Positions 5,038 to 5,134 of a DNA stretch of 5,134 bases are shown in pieces (position 1 is the stretch's first letter; every line of letters starts with the position of its first letter). Under the pieces are notes generated by a model. That model did not search any database, was not told the DNA's origin, and worked only from the letters and a program-made list of their open reading frames with translations. The stretch is taken from the IMG/VR virus record IMGVR_UViG_3300045988_009698, positions 1-5,134 of that record; one strand, given 5' to 3'. Both the position numbers and the translations under genes were made by a program. Source of the DNA: a virus.

Positions 5038-5134
5038 ATCTATGAGAGGTAAATATATATCATGCCTCTTATATGGCGCAAGTTATATACAAGCTGAAAG
5101 GAGTTACAAAATGGATTCTTCTGTTTCTTTTCTG
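5036..5134. repeat. Terminal redundancy of a circular genome. Positions 5036-5134 are a base-for-base copy of 1-99, so the unit circle is 5035 nt.
   Basis: Direct comparison of the first 99 nt with the last 99 nt of the window shows them identical. The redundancy includes the RBS and the first 8 codons of the 72-aa ORF (ATG at 5111 corresponds to ATG at 76). Confidence 0.95.

Noticed and set aside
1-5134. Search for CRISPR arrays, tRNAs, integrase or att sites, and IS elements
   Set aside because: No direct-repeat or spacer periodicity, no cloverleaf-like segments and no recombinase-like ORF were seen. The genome is fully accounted for by microvirus genes and one structured intergenic region.

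Overview
The window is a complete circular ssDNA phage genome of the family Microviridae, subfamily Gokushovirinae. It has been linearised with a 99-nt terminal redundancy: positions 1-99 are identical to 5036-5134, so the unit genome is 5035 nt. All genes are on the + strand, and the + strand is visibly T-rich, which is typical of microviruses. Gene order in this linearisation is: a near-consensus sigma70 promoter spanning the wrap point; a 72-aa unassigned ORF; VP1 major capsid protein (534 aa); a 26-aa hydrophobic micro-ORF; VP2 DNA-pilot/minor capsid protein (304 aa); a 25-aa hydrophobic micro-ORF; a 38-aa highly basic DNA-binding protein (J-like, called ORF8/VP8 here); VP4 rolling-circle replication initiator (313 aa, HUH and YxxxY motifs present); VP5 (83 aa), which overlaps the end of VP4; VP3 internal scaffolding protein (157 aa); a rho-independent terminator; and a roughly 265-nt structured non-coding region that contains a perfect 12-bp inverted repeat and a 9-nt match to the phiX174 origin nick-site core. 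The parts not explained by the canonical gokushovirus gene set are the promoter-proximal 72-aa ORF, the two translationally coupled transmembrane micro-peptides that fill the VP1/VP2 and VP2/ORF8 junctions, and the structured origin-like intergenic region.
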